This document shows positions 11,474 through 24,184 of a stretch of 64,000 nt of DNA, one piece after another (position 1 is the stretch's first letter; every line of letters starts with the position of its first letter). Below the pieces are notes generated by a model. It was given only the letters and a program-made list of their open reading frames with translations. It did no database searches and was not told the DNA's origin. Made by a program: the position numbers and the translations under genes. Source of the DNA: Fistulifera solaris. Taxonomy: Eukaryota. The stretch covers positions 558,001 through 622,000 of the forward strand of contig AP026124.1 in the NCBI GenBank assembly GCA_030295235.1, given 5' to 3'.

Positions 11474-13947
11474 ATGACACAAGTCGCTGGGATTATCGTG
11501 GCCTTGCTTGGCAGTCTTCTATTTCAACTGGAGAAAAGTTCAAGTAATATACTGTATTTTCATGGAAATAGCTGGAGCTGCACCACATGGCAAGAATGGA
11601 CATGGATCGCGGTCACAGGGCTAATTATGCTTATGTTTCAAATGAAACCAAACAGTCAGATCTACCCGCCGTCAGAACAAGCGAAGAGCAAGCTCTTTCT
11701 ATGCTTCTTGACGATAAACTTAGTATGGTTTTCTGCTGCCGTCTCGGAATTAGATTACACGTTCTCGGTAGTGAAGGCGGTGGAGTTTCTGGGGCGAAGG
11801 CTGCCTGGCCAGGCATGTGGAATTTAGCATTTTTCATTTTCCCCATCAAACGCTCGTCTGAAATATTCGCGATCTCACATAAAGATACTTTATTTCTTCA
11901 TATTTGGGCTGGAAAAGCCATCTTCTTGTGGCTAGCCGTCCACACGGTGCTCTTATCCATCGCATACGCCGTAAATTTTGACTATTCAGTCCGAAACTGG
12001 GCAAAGGTAATGATCCCATCAGGTGATCTGTATACAGAAGGTGTAGTGAATTTCATGGGGTGGCTTGGACTGGCCATGCTCCTACTTCTGTGGCTAACTT
12101 CTCGACCGTGGTTCCGCAAACACTGTTACGAGATGTTTTCCGTCCTGCACCTGATGACAGCCGCGTCCTTCATTCTGTTCTCAAATCTCCACGACTACAA
12201 CACAATCCATTTTGTACAACCGGCATTTGCTGCGTGGATCGCTGAGCGACTACTTCGGCGTATTTCAACCTTAAGGGTCATGATCGAAGAAACACAACCA
12301 CCTACTTCTACTGAAAATGGAATCCTTTCCAATGGCGGTATCCTCGCTGTATCGATTTGTAAAAGAAGTGGGAGAAAAGATTTTCCTCTTTTGGTGCGTC
12401 TGACCATGACTTTACCACGATCCTGGAATGTTTGTCCTGGTACGGCAGCATTCCTCTATCTGAAATGTCCGAGTATTTCCAACTGGCAGCTACATCCGTT
12501 CTCGATTAGCACGATTGATGTCGAAAGCATGACCTTTTCTGTACATATCAAAGCTCTCGGTGATTGGACTAATCAATTTGTTCGGCAAATAAATCAGCTC
12601 GTCATCAAAGCGGACTTGGAGCTCGACGCTCAGCAAACTGGTCGGCAGGAGACGAGTGAAACATCGCAGGATACCACGAACCATTTTGGTCTTTGCATTG
12701 AAGGTCCCTATTGCTCAGATCTTGGTGCACAATTGGATTCCAATCAAAAGTGCTTATTCATAGCTGGAGGAGTGGGTCTCACCGGCTTGTCTGAAGCCTT
12801 ATACCGCCGACACGGACGTGGACAAGCTACGCTACTGGTTTGGATCCTCCGCACTGTCGAGGAAATGGACTTTCTGGCCAAAGATTTACTTGATCGCCTA
12901 CAACCACCCCGGGACACAACACGAATCAAGGTGTTTATCACGCGCCAGAACGAGCATTGCGAACGTCGTCGCCGGCAGACCGCGAAATCGGATCACGCAC
13001 CGTTGCTGATGCCCGGCTACGTCAAGTCAATCGACGGGACTGCAGCGGCGAAGAATTCAATTTTGACGTTTTCTACAATTGTGGAAGAGACGTCCACAAA
13101 TCCAGATCAAAAAATGATGTCGATTGTCAGCCTTCTAGGAGTCTCCCTCAGTTTCTTGCTTGCTCGGATGACCTGCTGCAATAGGACCGTGCGTGACATT
13201 GAGACCGAAAGAATTCTCCACACCTGTTCCGCAGTGCCTAGGGCCTCGACCAGCATGACCTGTTCCAATTCATGCCAAGATGAGAACAATGGCATTCCTT
13301 GTTGTACCACGCCTATATGTTTCTACTGCTTCCGAGGGTTGCCCATTCTTTTCATGTTCTTCCTGGCTCCTTTGTTACCTCTTCTGTTTGCGTGGGTATA
13401 TCCGTACTGTATTCATGTCACGAAATGGGTGGGCAAAGCCCTCCGACCTCATCAACTTGCACCAGAGTTTCGATCTTGTACGTCAGTACCGCTTCAAATG
13501 GCGGGTCAGTCGGCATCTGCAGTGGAGGATACCACCGAAAATTCCGCAGCATACGGCGATGCCATGAACGGTTCGTTGCGAGTGATAGACAATTTGTGTC
13601 ATCGAAACGCGTCTGTCGTCATGACCAATCTCAATCACACCACTGTTGAGTATCGAAAACCAAATTTGTCGAAAATTGTTCAAGAGTTCGGTGCCTCCGT
13701 TTACAGAAACGATGACGAAGACTTTGCTATCAGCGAAAATAGCAACGTCCGGCGAGACGCGGAAATGAAAGAGGCCGCGGTATTTGTTTGCGGATCCAAA
13801 GCTCTCGCTGAAAATGTGTTGAAGGAGGTGGAAATTCACAATACTGATAACATACGCAATGACGAAAGAAGCACGTCATCTCATGAAGCTTTCCGGTCTA
13901 ACCGACGTGTTTATTTGTCAGTATGGACGGCCACCGGGGCCTATTGA
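11474..13947 (+). CDS. Ferric reductase (FRE/FRO, NOX-family flavocytochrome)
   Basis: Heme His pairs (LHIWAG...AVH; LHLMT...NLH), FAD motif HPFSI, IKALGDWT, EGPY, AGGVGLT, FVCGSKAL; N-terminal TM ORF 11474-11827 joins the main frame if one G is added at 11791-11794. Confidence 0.88.
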
Positions 13948-14576
13948 AGATTAATTCGCCCTTTTGAATTTGAACTGCTATTTGAAGCGTTCCTGAAACG
14001 GGTCCCGCGCCCGTAGAATAATGTTGAATGTTGTTGGATCATCGCAAGCAATGAAGTATGAAGTGTTATTTGCCCACAATCGTCTCGGAAAAAAATAAGG
14101 AATGCGAAATGACTCTATTTGTCTAGTCCTACTGGTATTGATTGATATCTAGTAAAGTGTAGTCTTGAAAGCTTGGTGACGACCCTCCTCGACGACTCAA
14201 CTCGGATTGCAGTCCCGGCACTGCTTGACCACATTATTGAAATTGCTCCGTTTCCGTTCGTTGTGACTCTACTCTAGATTATAAAAAGTGACTTATTACA
14301 ACGAATGAAACACGAACCGGCGGTTTTTGAATGATTTTGTTGAACATCGTTTGCATTCGATGCCCAAGCGACAGACGAAGGGAAACTTTAAATTTAAAAA
14401 ACGATGAGACGAACATTGAGCGATGGGCACTGTTTAGAGGGATAATCGGCAGTTGAAAGAAAGAAAAGATTACCCACTTGAACGCCTGCTGAATGCTGTC
14501 TGCATTTTCGAGCGGCGTTCGTAATCGTACGTCTTGCCACCTAACTTGAATACCCATCTGATCTCTAGAATAGTAT

Positions 14577-17500
14577 CTACTCAGCCTTATGGCTGATAGC
14601 GTGATTTATAGCTTGTTCGAGTTCGTCTTTGCCAGCGCTTGAAGGCGTCAACATTGGCAACCGCTCTTGTTTGTCGACCCCTTTCCCAAAAAGGCAGACG
14701 AGACGACTTAAATTCTCTTGTGATACCTGCTTCAGTTCGAGTGGGGATGGAGTAGCAAGACCGGAATGGCCGGACAAGAAAATGGTTCCAAGAGGTTGAC
14801 ATCCCTCGTCGAAGTCGTTTACAGAGGACCACCACGTGAATCGATGTCCCTGAATTATAGCAAAGCAAGTTTTCCATCGATCTCCTGAACTCGATAGAAT
14901 TTGAATAGATGAATACCACCGAGCTCGGAAAAGCATCTTCAATCTCTTTCCTCTTTTTTCCTCGGAATATTGTTCAGCTTCGCGGACTCCCCGCCGAAGA
15001 CTTTCCCAAAAATATGTTCTCCTTAAATCCTCAAAGGTCGGAATTCCACGAAAAGCGTTTAGTATCCAAATTCCGATCGGACTTGGACTCTTCTTGTTCA
15101 CTTTCTCAGTTTTCTTTGAAAAGAGAAAACCAAAGCGGCTGAAGAACGTGGCTCCGTATTGTCCCTTTATTGTGTTGGTTAGATTATTGTCCTTTTAAAT
15201 AGACGAAGGTCGACGACAGTACCTACCAGAACCAATGCATAAAGAATAATTTTCATGGAAACAAGTGAAAAGAATATCCAAAGTCCGACGGCGATACCAA
15301 TCAATATTGTCGATTTCCAAGGATCCTTCGTAGATTTCACATGTCAGATATCAATGTGGAAAGTTTACCATTGTCGAACAAAGACTTACCGTAAACGTGA
15401 CCGCGTTACAAATGGCTTCTACGGTGTCCAGGACTTGGCCAAGAGAATTTTGTAACATGGCGAGATGGCCCGTCAAACCACGAACTGAACTTATTGCCCC
15501 TAATGAGCTTCCAATCACACCGCGCCGCGCTTCGGCTTGGATGATCGCGGAACGCATAATCTCTTCTTGTATGAATACAGACTCTTCTCTGTTCGTATCA
15601 CTTTCTCCTTCGTTATCTCCGTTATTTTCGCTTATTGGAGGCATCCACCATAGCTTCAGAAACACTTGAGGAGTTCCATCATTATCGGGGACTGGGTTGC
15701 AATGCGAGCTCATAGTGTCAGGATGCTTTAGTTTAAACCAGCCTTTCATTTCCTTCTGTTTGTACACCTCGGTAAACGGAATAGAAATCACACCCGCAAT
15801 CGCCTCAGAATCGGGAAAGATACTGATAATGTCAGTGAAGTCTACTTCGATATCAATCGTAGACATACTGCTTTCCCACGGTTCAAGAACAGGGAGGCCT
15901 TCATCATAAGTATTCGATGGCTGAAGAACTGGAAAAATGAATTGCGGTGTATCAGTCGATCCATTTCGCTCTGCAGATTCCCGATTAAAGTGCTTGATAG
16001 AGCGAAGGCGCTTGGTCAGAGAACTCTCCTTCGCTTCCCTTCCACACAGGATTAGTTGAGTAGACACGTTCTGTCGATCCAATTTCGTGCACAACAGGTC
16101 GAGCATCCCCTTTCTCCCTCTTATCGTTTGACTTTAAGCCTTCGGTGTTCCAAAATGCACGGCACATCACACTTCCAGCAATACCAAACTCCAGAGAGCT
16201 GATATTACGACCAGCCGATATTGATATCCCAATTTCTCCAACGGGACGGTGCACGCTATGCTCGAGCACTATATTTTCTTCCTTACGGCGTTTTTCAACT
16301 TCTCTTCTGACAAAATACTCTTTTTGACTATGAAAGCAAACGTGGCGCAAAGCACTGGTCATCATAAACACGACGACACAGAAGCATGGTAAACTTCCAA
16401 GGAAGGCAGGGTTAAAAGTGGCACACACTTGCAATGACATGAAAAAAGAGAACAAAGTGACAATCGGATTTTTCCAACTGATAACGTAAATGTACCCGTT
16501 AATGGCCTCTTTCATGGTCTCGATGAGGTTTGACAATCGAGTCAAGTGTAGCTGAAAAAGACGCATGTTCAGTTCATCAGGTGGGCGAGGAGGACATTCA
16601 TACGGACTGTCGCCGTATAAACTGGTGTAATCCTCCTTCATCGAGACAAGAATATCGGCATAACCGACAATATCTCCTGTGCCGGACATTAGATACAAAA
16701 TCCACTTCATGAAGTACAAGGACTCTTTAGCTTACCTCGATGGACTTTCGATGAATGAGGGGAAGGGGTCGGAGGGGAAAAATACTCGAGCGTTGTTGCG
16801 TCTTTCATATCGTGCCTCAGATCGATTCTAAGAGGTATTTTCGGCGGGGTCTCCTGCTTGACACCGAAAAAGTTAAAGAATTGAAACAAAACTCCCCCAC
16901 TTTCACTGTCACGTTGAAGTTGCAAGATTGATTGAGTTGTCAGGAACGAACTTCCAACGGGTTTGTCGGTCAGCGCATCGACCAAATCAATCCGGTAAGC
17001 GCATCCGTAGTGTGGACTATTGATGACTGAGAAAAATGAAGTGAAATAATGAAAGACAGAAAGGCAGTAATGATCAACTTACACGTTCAATACCAACTCT
17101 TGAGAATCGAAGACAGGCTTGCTTGAATTTTGTATAGTCTGTGTCCTTGCCGAATCTCTACTCCCGACCCTGCTACTTCCGACCCTGGTCACTCGCATGT
17201 AATAATCTCCGTTTTTGAAAGAGGTTTTTCATCGGCAAGAATATCACCTGCGTCTGATTCTGGGGACCACGGCTCGTCCAGCACAAATGCACGAAGAAAT
17301 GCCATCTCCATGATCCCTATGCCCTTGAATGCACCAGCACTTTGATTGGACGGATGTTCAGCCCCGTGTGCTATTTTTACATTATCGCCAACTGGTGCAA
17401 CAGTGTTTAAAATAGTGTTCAAACTCAATTTGTTTTGAATCGAGTGTTTTGCCACATCTTGGGCCTCCAATGAGCCGCAAGGCATTTTGATGTCGACTTG

Positions 17501-19930
17501 GAGCATACAATCTTCGCAACAGTCGACTTTACAATTTTCACAACGATATGCCGGTTTGGCTCGGATAACAGACATAATGCTCTTCTTACAAACGCAGCAT
17601 GTCGCAGGCAACCGAAACTTTCTCAGTCGGAGTAGATGCTGATTTGTCTGACTGTGCGTACTTCGTTGTGACTTGGCAGAAAAAGGAGGAGTTCTGTTCG
17701 ACACAGGGCTTGCCGTCTCGTTATCGTCAGCTCGAGCACCTCCTTTCGAATTGCGACGCTCCGGTGTAAACGGAAATTCGTGTTCGCTATCGTTTCTTAC
17801 ACTGTGAAATGTAAGAGCGTCCTCAGGGATCTCGATGGTCTCAGGAGGCAAGACGTCGCCATCCGCGCTGATCTCCGATTCCACAATTGTAGGTTCGAAC
17901 ATAGCTTCAACTTGCAGCATAGGCGAAGCCAAACGAGTTAATCCGGAAATTTTCTTTGTTTCAGGAAATGTAAGCCAATATCGGCAGGCGCGGTAAGGAT
18001 TCATCAAAAGCTCTTCGCAACTAAGTGAGATTGTGCCCATGCTAAAACCAAGTAATCCCATGCCTAGGGGATTGACAGTGAGGTCAATCTCAATGGTTGG
18101 TGTAGGGCTTTCGTCACTCGAATAAGCATGTACCATCGAAACACGATTATCCTCACTATCTTCCCACACTGCACATACACCGTGACCTCCCTTTGACGAA
18201 GAGAAGGTTTTCGTACTTTTCGTTCGTACTTTTCCCTTCCAAGGTTTCAGGGAAATACTTCCTTGGACAAAGGATCCAGTAGAGCATGAGAGTTTACGTG
18301 CCCGCATTAGACGCAGATTGACCATGCCATGACAGTTTTTGCTCTTGTCAAATGGAACATCGAAATTGAAGTTGCTCCATATCGATATAGTACTGTCAAC
18401 ATCAAAATTGGTCTTCGCCACGCTAACTGACTTGTGCGAGGAGTCTTTGACTTTCTCTGAAAGTGTGAGTGACCCGTTACGAGCAGGTGCATTCAATACA
18501 GACGGTGGATCTATCAGAACGTCACGAGTTTCGAAATCGTCAAATTCTTTTCGATCGAAAGATAGCGGAGCATCTTTTATGATTTCATGGTTTGTATAGT
18601 TAATAGCGGAGGATTCGAAACTCATAGATATGTGATCTTTCGTCGACTGACCGGCTTGTTTCTCTGGATCTGACGTCGATTGTTTAGGTTCGGCGTCGGT
18701 ATTAACTGACAGACACTCTTTTTGGAATTGTGGAGAATTCGAATAAAGGGTTGATTGGTTCGCTTTTTTCGTCAAAAGGGGAGACTCTGTACTAGGTAGA
18801 AGAGACCCCTTTACCGCGTTTTTGTGAGGCTTTTCAATATCTTTCGCAGGTAAAGTAGATAGCTTGTGCGATCCGTCATGAACAGTCGCTACATCGGGAG
18901 GTACAAAATCGTTATCGTGGGATGGTTGCAGCCGCTTTTCATCGACGCTATCCGAAAACAACGCAACAACAATCCCACCGTCTTCACCGCGATTTTTACT
19001 TTGCGTCGAAACCCCTCGCTGCTTATCCTCTTTCATGGAAACTATTTTCTCGGTAATGATCATTTCATTCGTTGTATCCAAGGTGAAGCGAGCATCCGCT
19101 TGTTGTCGGTCGGATCTCAGCTCCGATGCCGGTATCGGTGATGCTTTGTGACTATCGACGTGGTCCATATTGTCACGATTGTCCTCATTGCGGTTCGCTT
19201 GCAAAAGTCCCCACATTTTTGTCTTGGCCATCAAACCTACTGATTTCACTACATCAGTAACGGTAGATGGGTCGGGGCTTTGATTGGTTTGTACTAGCAT
19301 TTTCGCCGCTTCCTTTTCCGAATCTTGCTGCAATTCTATTTGTACTTTAAGTTTGTCGTCGCAATCCGTCTGATCATCGTCTATCGCGGTTACAACCTGT
19401 AATACTTCCGCATCGGTGTGATTACTTTCCTCGAGAATTTCGTTTGCCGACGCATTTAATTGCCGATCTTCTACTTTGTCCATCTTCAAAGGACTTAATG
19501 AAATAGTTGGATGTGCATCTCCCTCCGAGTCTGACGATGATTCCTGTAAATCATTACGCTTCGGAATCACTCTCCGTTTTATATTACCGGGAAATTGTTC
19601 TTGTTTTTCCGTTGTTTCATGGCTCGTTCTTCGTTTTAACGTTCCTGGCATGACAGAGGGTTGATTACTTGGCCTTGACAGTTTAGTTCCTTCCGAGCGT
19701 CGCCGCCTCACTCTGCCAGGAACAGATGTACCTACCACTTCGAGCGAGCGCGAAGGAAGTATTGCTAGAGAGTCATGACTATTGTCGCTGTCGTCGTCGC
19801 CCAATTTTTCCAGAATATGTTCGGTCAAAGCCGATTGGGATTCGCGGACGGCGGAGGACGAACCATGACGAGAATTTTGCGGCGTCAAGACTTTATCTAG
19901 CGCATCGTCTAACCGATTGAGCCAATTCAT
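14577..19930 (-). CDS. Large multi-exon membrane-associated protein: disordered N-terminus, C2-like, C1 zinc finger, further C2-like, TM and C-terminal PH-like regions
   Basis: C1 pattern H..CCVC..CENC..CEDC..C; C2-like strands (VNLRLMRARKL; IGISISAGRNI); SWKNPIVTL-TM segment; PH-like WKTCFAIIQGHRFTWW; ORF pieces joined by introns (~15390, ~17080) and apparent frameshifts. Confidence 0.7.
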
Positions 19931-20250
19931 TTTTAACAGTGCATAGCCGTTCTTTTATTTGTTACGGACAGAGAATATATGGCTTTCAACGCCATGTGAG
20001 TGTGAGAGTGTGAGTGTTAAGGTTGCTAGTTTCGAGTTGCAAGGCGCGCAGCGGGACGAAAACGGCTAGCGGTACCCGATAATTATTTGACGACTAGCGC
20101 TTCGACACGTTTTGGTTTCATAAAAGGACAAGACTATCGCTGATACTGTTGAACCTGAACACTGGTGCGCTAGAACACACAAGAGAGTAAATATATTTCT
20201 TTTGCGAGCGATGAAAATGCCTCTCACTTTCAAACAACAATAGGTCCAAA

Positions 20251-20916
20251 ATGGAAGAGATGGAAGAATTGATACGATGTTGCGACTCTATTACTCGGAA
20301 CTCACTTATGTATCGCACACTCTCCGCTCCGGTGTCGCAGTTCAACCGCACAAGCGAGAAAATACGCTTGGAGAAAGATTTAGCCGACTGGCTCGACCAA
20401 CGAATTTTGGATTATCGCGTTCAGCTCAAGACCCATGCCATAAATTCTCAAACAGACCGAGAGGACATAGCGACGAGGCAGGAATATACAATACTTTTCC
20501 ATGAGACTATACGACAGCAACAAGAGTTGTTAATACTAAAGAAGGTGGCCAACTCGAAACAAGTCAAACAGGCATTCTCTAATGAAGGAGATCCTCTCAT
20601 TCGCAACGCCTTGCGTATTCACTCTCAGCTAGGAAGCCAAGTAGAGCAGTCTTCTCAGCAATATAATGAACGTCGTACCGTTGTTCAAGAGAAGTTAGAC
20701 GCTCTGCACCAAATGGAGCAAGAAAACCAGCGATTATGGGAACGTTTACAACGGCAGAAAGAAGAGCAGTTACCGAAAGCTGCGGAGTCAACATTGAAAA
20801 GAGAGAATAAAGTTTTGAAATTCATGATTGAAGATCTGCTATCTGGAAGCAAAATAAGCTGGTGTGAGGATCCGCGTTTGCTTCAAATCGTTTCCAAGTT
20901 ACAGTCGGATCGATAG
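20251..20916 (+). CDS. Coiled-coil protein, CENP-H-like (centromere CCAN subunit)
   Basis: 221 aa coiled coil ending LLSGSKISWCEDPRLLQIV, resembling the CENP-H C-terminal signature (LILGSKVNWAEDPxLxxIV). Confidence 0.65.
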   Translation: MEEMEELIRCCDSITRNSLMYRTLSAPVSQFNRTSEKIRLEKDLADWLDQRILDYRVQLKTHAINSQTDREDIATRQEYTILFHETIRQQQELLILKKVANSKQVKQAFSNEGDPLIRNALRIHSQLGSQVEQSSQQYNERRTVVQEKLDALHQMEQENQRLWERLQRQKEEQLPKAAESTLKRENKVLKFMIEDLLSGSKISWCEDPRLLQIVSKLQSDR

Positions 20917-21014
20917 CACCATTGATTTGTTTTAAGGGCAGCATTCAAGAAACCACAGAGTATACGTAAAGAGAGGGCGACCACGATTACCAAGGGAGCG
21001 AAAACAAATATTTT

Positions 21015-24000
21015 TTATCCTAGGACGTTGTACTTATGAGAAGCAGCACTACTGGAAGACTTGGCTCCGACTCGCAGTGTTTCCTCGTTCAAAATTCGTT
21101 GAATCTCTAAAGCGCATTTTTTCACGCTTTGCTCGTTAGCAGCTTCCAGATGTAGATACAATCTCCGTTCGCCTTCTTTTGGCTCCTTTCCGGGTGGATA
21201 ATACGATCCTTTAAGCGTAACTGCTGTGCGGAACTCATCCTGTAGTCTCGATGTCGTATCTTTCTGGGTTACTTTCCAGCGCGCTTCTCGTGGATAATCA
21301 TTGATTTCAAATTCTTGCAACCAATGATCATCTCCTAGTCGCACGGGGGCGCCTACATAACCATTTTGTCGCTACTATCAGCATCTTCAGCTGGCAAAAT
21401 GCCGGCCTTTCGAAGAAGCGCTTCTTTCATACCCGGTAAAGCAAGCAGTTCAGGGGTAAGATTATCAGGGATTTCGATGTCCTTCTTTTCAGATAACTTA
21501 ATATCTCCTATCTTCCCTTTTCCTTGTTCGATTTCCGTCCGATTAGATATCGCATCAGACATTTCGGACATTAGCGGGTCTTCATCCTCGGGATCCAGAA
21601 GACCAGCCTCGATCAGTGCTTGCCGTTTCTCCAAGTGGGCCATCTTCTGGGCTTCGGTCATCTCACTGGCATCATAGGTGTAACCTCGTCCTTTGAAACC
21701 ACTACCTGCATATCTTGCCTCTCCTCGCTCGACCTTTGCCTTGTACTCGTCCGACAAATTTTTGAGATCGGGGCTAATTCTTTCTGATTGCCCTGCTTCA
21801 CTCAAAGCGCGAACAATGGTTGGTGCGTATTTAGCCTCATCTGTTGAATTCACAAATGTGTAGCATACACCCTTATTATTGGCTCGGCCTGTTCTTCCAG
21901 CTTGGTGCACATAAGCTTCTAAATGACTAGGAGCCGAATAATTCACGACACATGAACACGCTGGCACGTCAAGCCCTCTTCCTGCAACTCCAGTCGCTAC
22001 CAATACGTTTGCACCATCCCGTTGCTTGAAGTCAGAGATGGTCGAGTCGCGATCTTCTTGTTCTTTCCCTCCATGCAAAGAAAGTGCCAAATAACCGTTG
22101 CGTAAAAGCTGCTCAAATAAACTGTCAGCCCGGACTTGAGTATCAACAAAGACTATCGCCTTCTTTGTGCCTTCCACCTGCTCCCCTAATATTTGCAGTA
22201 GTCTCAGAAATTTTTCGTTTTCTTCTACCAGTTCCGCGTATTGAGTAACACTATCCGACGCAATAGATCGACCCCCAACAACGACCTCGACAGGATACTT
22301 CAATGACTTTCGCGCTAAATTCTCAATCGCTTTCGGGAAAGTAGCGGAGAATAAGACTGTCTGCTTGTCGGGACGTATTGCGCCTAGAATAGCACTAATT
22401 TGCGGGGCGAATCCCATATCATACATTCGATCAGCTTCATCCATGACACAAAAAGTGACTCTTTGAAGCGATAGGATTTTGCCCGACTGCATGGTGAGAA
22501 TATCAATCAACCGACCTGGAGTAGCGACAACAATATGGGCTCCACGCTTCAAGTCCCCGATCTGCTCTGCAACACCAGCTCCACCATAAACTGCTGTTGA
22601 TCTGATAGTCGAAAGAGGAACAAAAGAACGGCAATGTTAGAATCAAATATATCAACAACATAAAATCATTTCCAGCATTTTACCCTTGGTTGATTGCTGG
22701 AAATAGGTGATTATTTAACATCGCGCCCAGTTAGCGACTTCACCAAAGGAAATAATCAATGAGAAGAAGTACTTACTTGAGTCCAAGCGGTTTGGTAAAT
22801 TTCTTGCTCACCACGTAGATTTGATAGGCCAGCTCTCGGGCTGGTGCCAAAATCAGCCCAACAGGACCCGATTCCTGAGGTCCCAATGGTGGTTGGACAA
22901 GGATATGGCGTAGCATAGGAAGGAGATAAGCAAGGGTCTTACCACTGCCCGTTTTGGCGATTCCTATCACATCACGACCAGCCATTATACAAGGAATACA
23001 TTGCGCCTGTACAGGATAGGGCTCCAATATATTTTGCGCAGCGAGGATTTCAATAATTTTTTCTGAGAGACCACACTCCACAAAAGAACGAACCGGTGCC
23101 GGAGCACCGCTCCCTCGAACGCGGACTTTTAACTTCGCTCGCAAGTTGAGCAAATCATCATTTGTAAGATTTGTCAGCGATCTCGGGACGCGGTACAAAT
23201 TCTTTGAAACGGCAAATAGTCCACCTTTGAGTGATCGATAGACTTGAGTTCCTTTTTCTTATTCAATTCCGCCAAAACAGTCAGAGCGTCTGGTGCAGCC
23301 ATAGCAGCTTGCAAATTTCGCTCAGCTTCTTCCATTATACCATCCTCAGTTTCACCGACGTACAAACGTCCAACTTCGGGATTTTCTGCAGTAACAGCCG
23401 ATTTCCTCGCCTGATTCGCTTCGTTCTCCAATTGACGCAATCGTTCTTCACGACGCGTCTTTTCGCTTCTGACTTCTTCGGCTGTTTGTGCTGGACGCGA
23501 TACTTCAGCGTAATTTTCTTCGCCAATGGGAACTGGGGCCGCTTTTAGGGCGTCGATCAATGCCCTTCGTGCTACTTCTTCATTCTCGTCGTCTGTGTCC
23601 GACGGAGCATCACTCAACCAATCTTTCGGCTGGTAGAGGGGTTTCGATTGGTCATCCGAAACATCGCTTGCTGCTCGAATTTTCCGTTGTTGCATTTTCA
23701 CAATATCGTCTGCAGTGATAGCCGTCCCTGATGTTTGAGCGACTGGTCCTTTGTTCCTTCTGCGCATCATAGAACCCGACGCATCAATGGATATAGTTGC
23801 CTCATCTCCTTTTGCGGAAATATTCATGGACTCACTCGATGAAAGTTTGTCCATAAACTGATCTAATAAGTCTTTCGACGACTTATCCCATCTTCCATCG
23901 GTAGTCTTGGTGCGTTTGGCCTCCGGAGGCGCATTGAAGTCCACTAACAAGTTGACGGGACGTTTCGGACGCGTGTCTGCTGCGTGTTCGTCTTCAGAAT

Positions 24001-24184
24001 CACTTTCGTTGAAGAAAGGATTAATTGGCTTTCTGACTGGAAGTAATTCCGCTTTCTTGGCTGGAACTTTCACAACGTTCAAAGATAAAGACACTTTCGT
24101 TACCGGAGCCTGCGATTGCTTGCGACGCCATTGCTCCAAGCGCTTTCTTTTGCGTTCTTCAGCCGATAAGTCTTCAGATTGCAT
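21015..24184 (-). CDS. PRP5: Pre-mRNA splicing DEAD-box RNA helicase Prp5/DDX46
   Basis: AKTGSGKT, APARELA, TPGRLID, DEAD, SAT, HQAGRTGRA; Prp5-type GSGFKGRGY and C-terminal EINDYPREARWKVT; intron ~22603-22776; frameshifts near 23203 and 21364. Confidence 0.92.
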
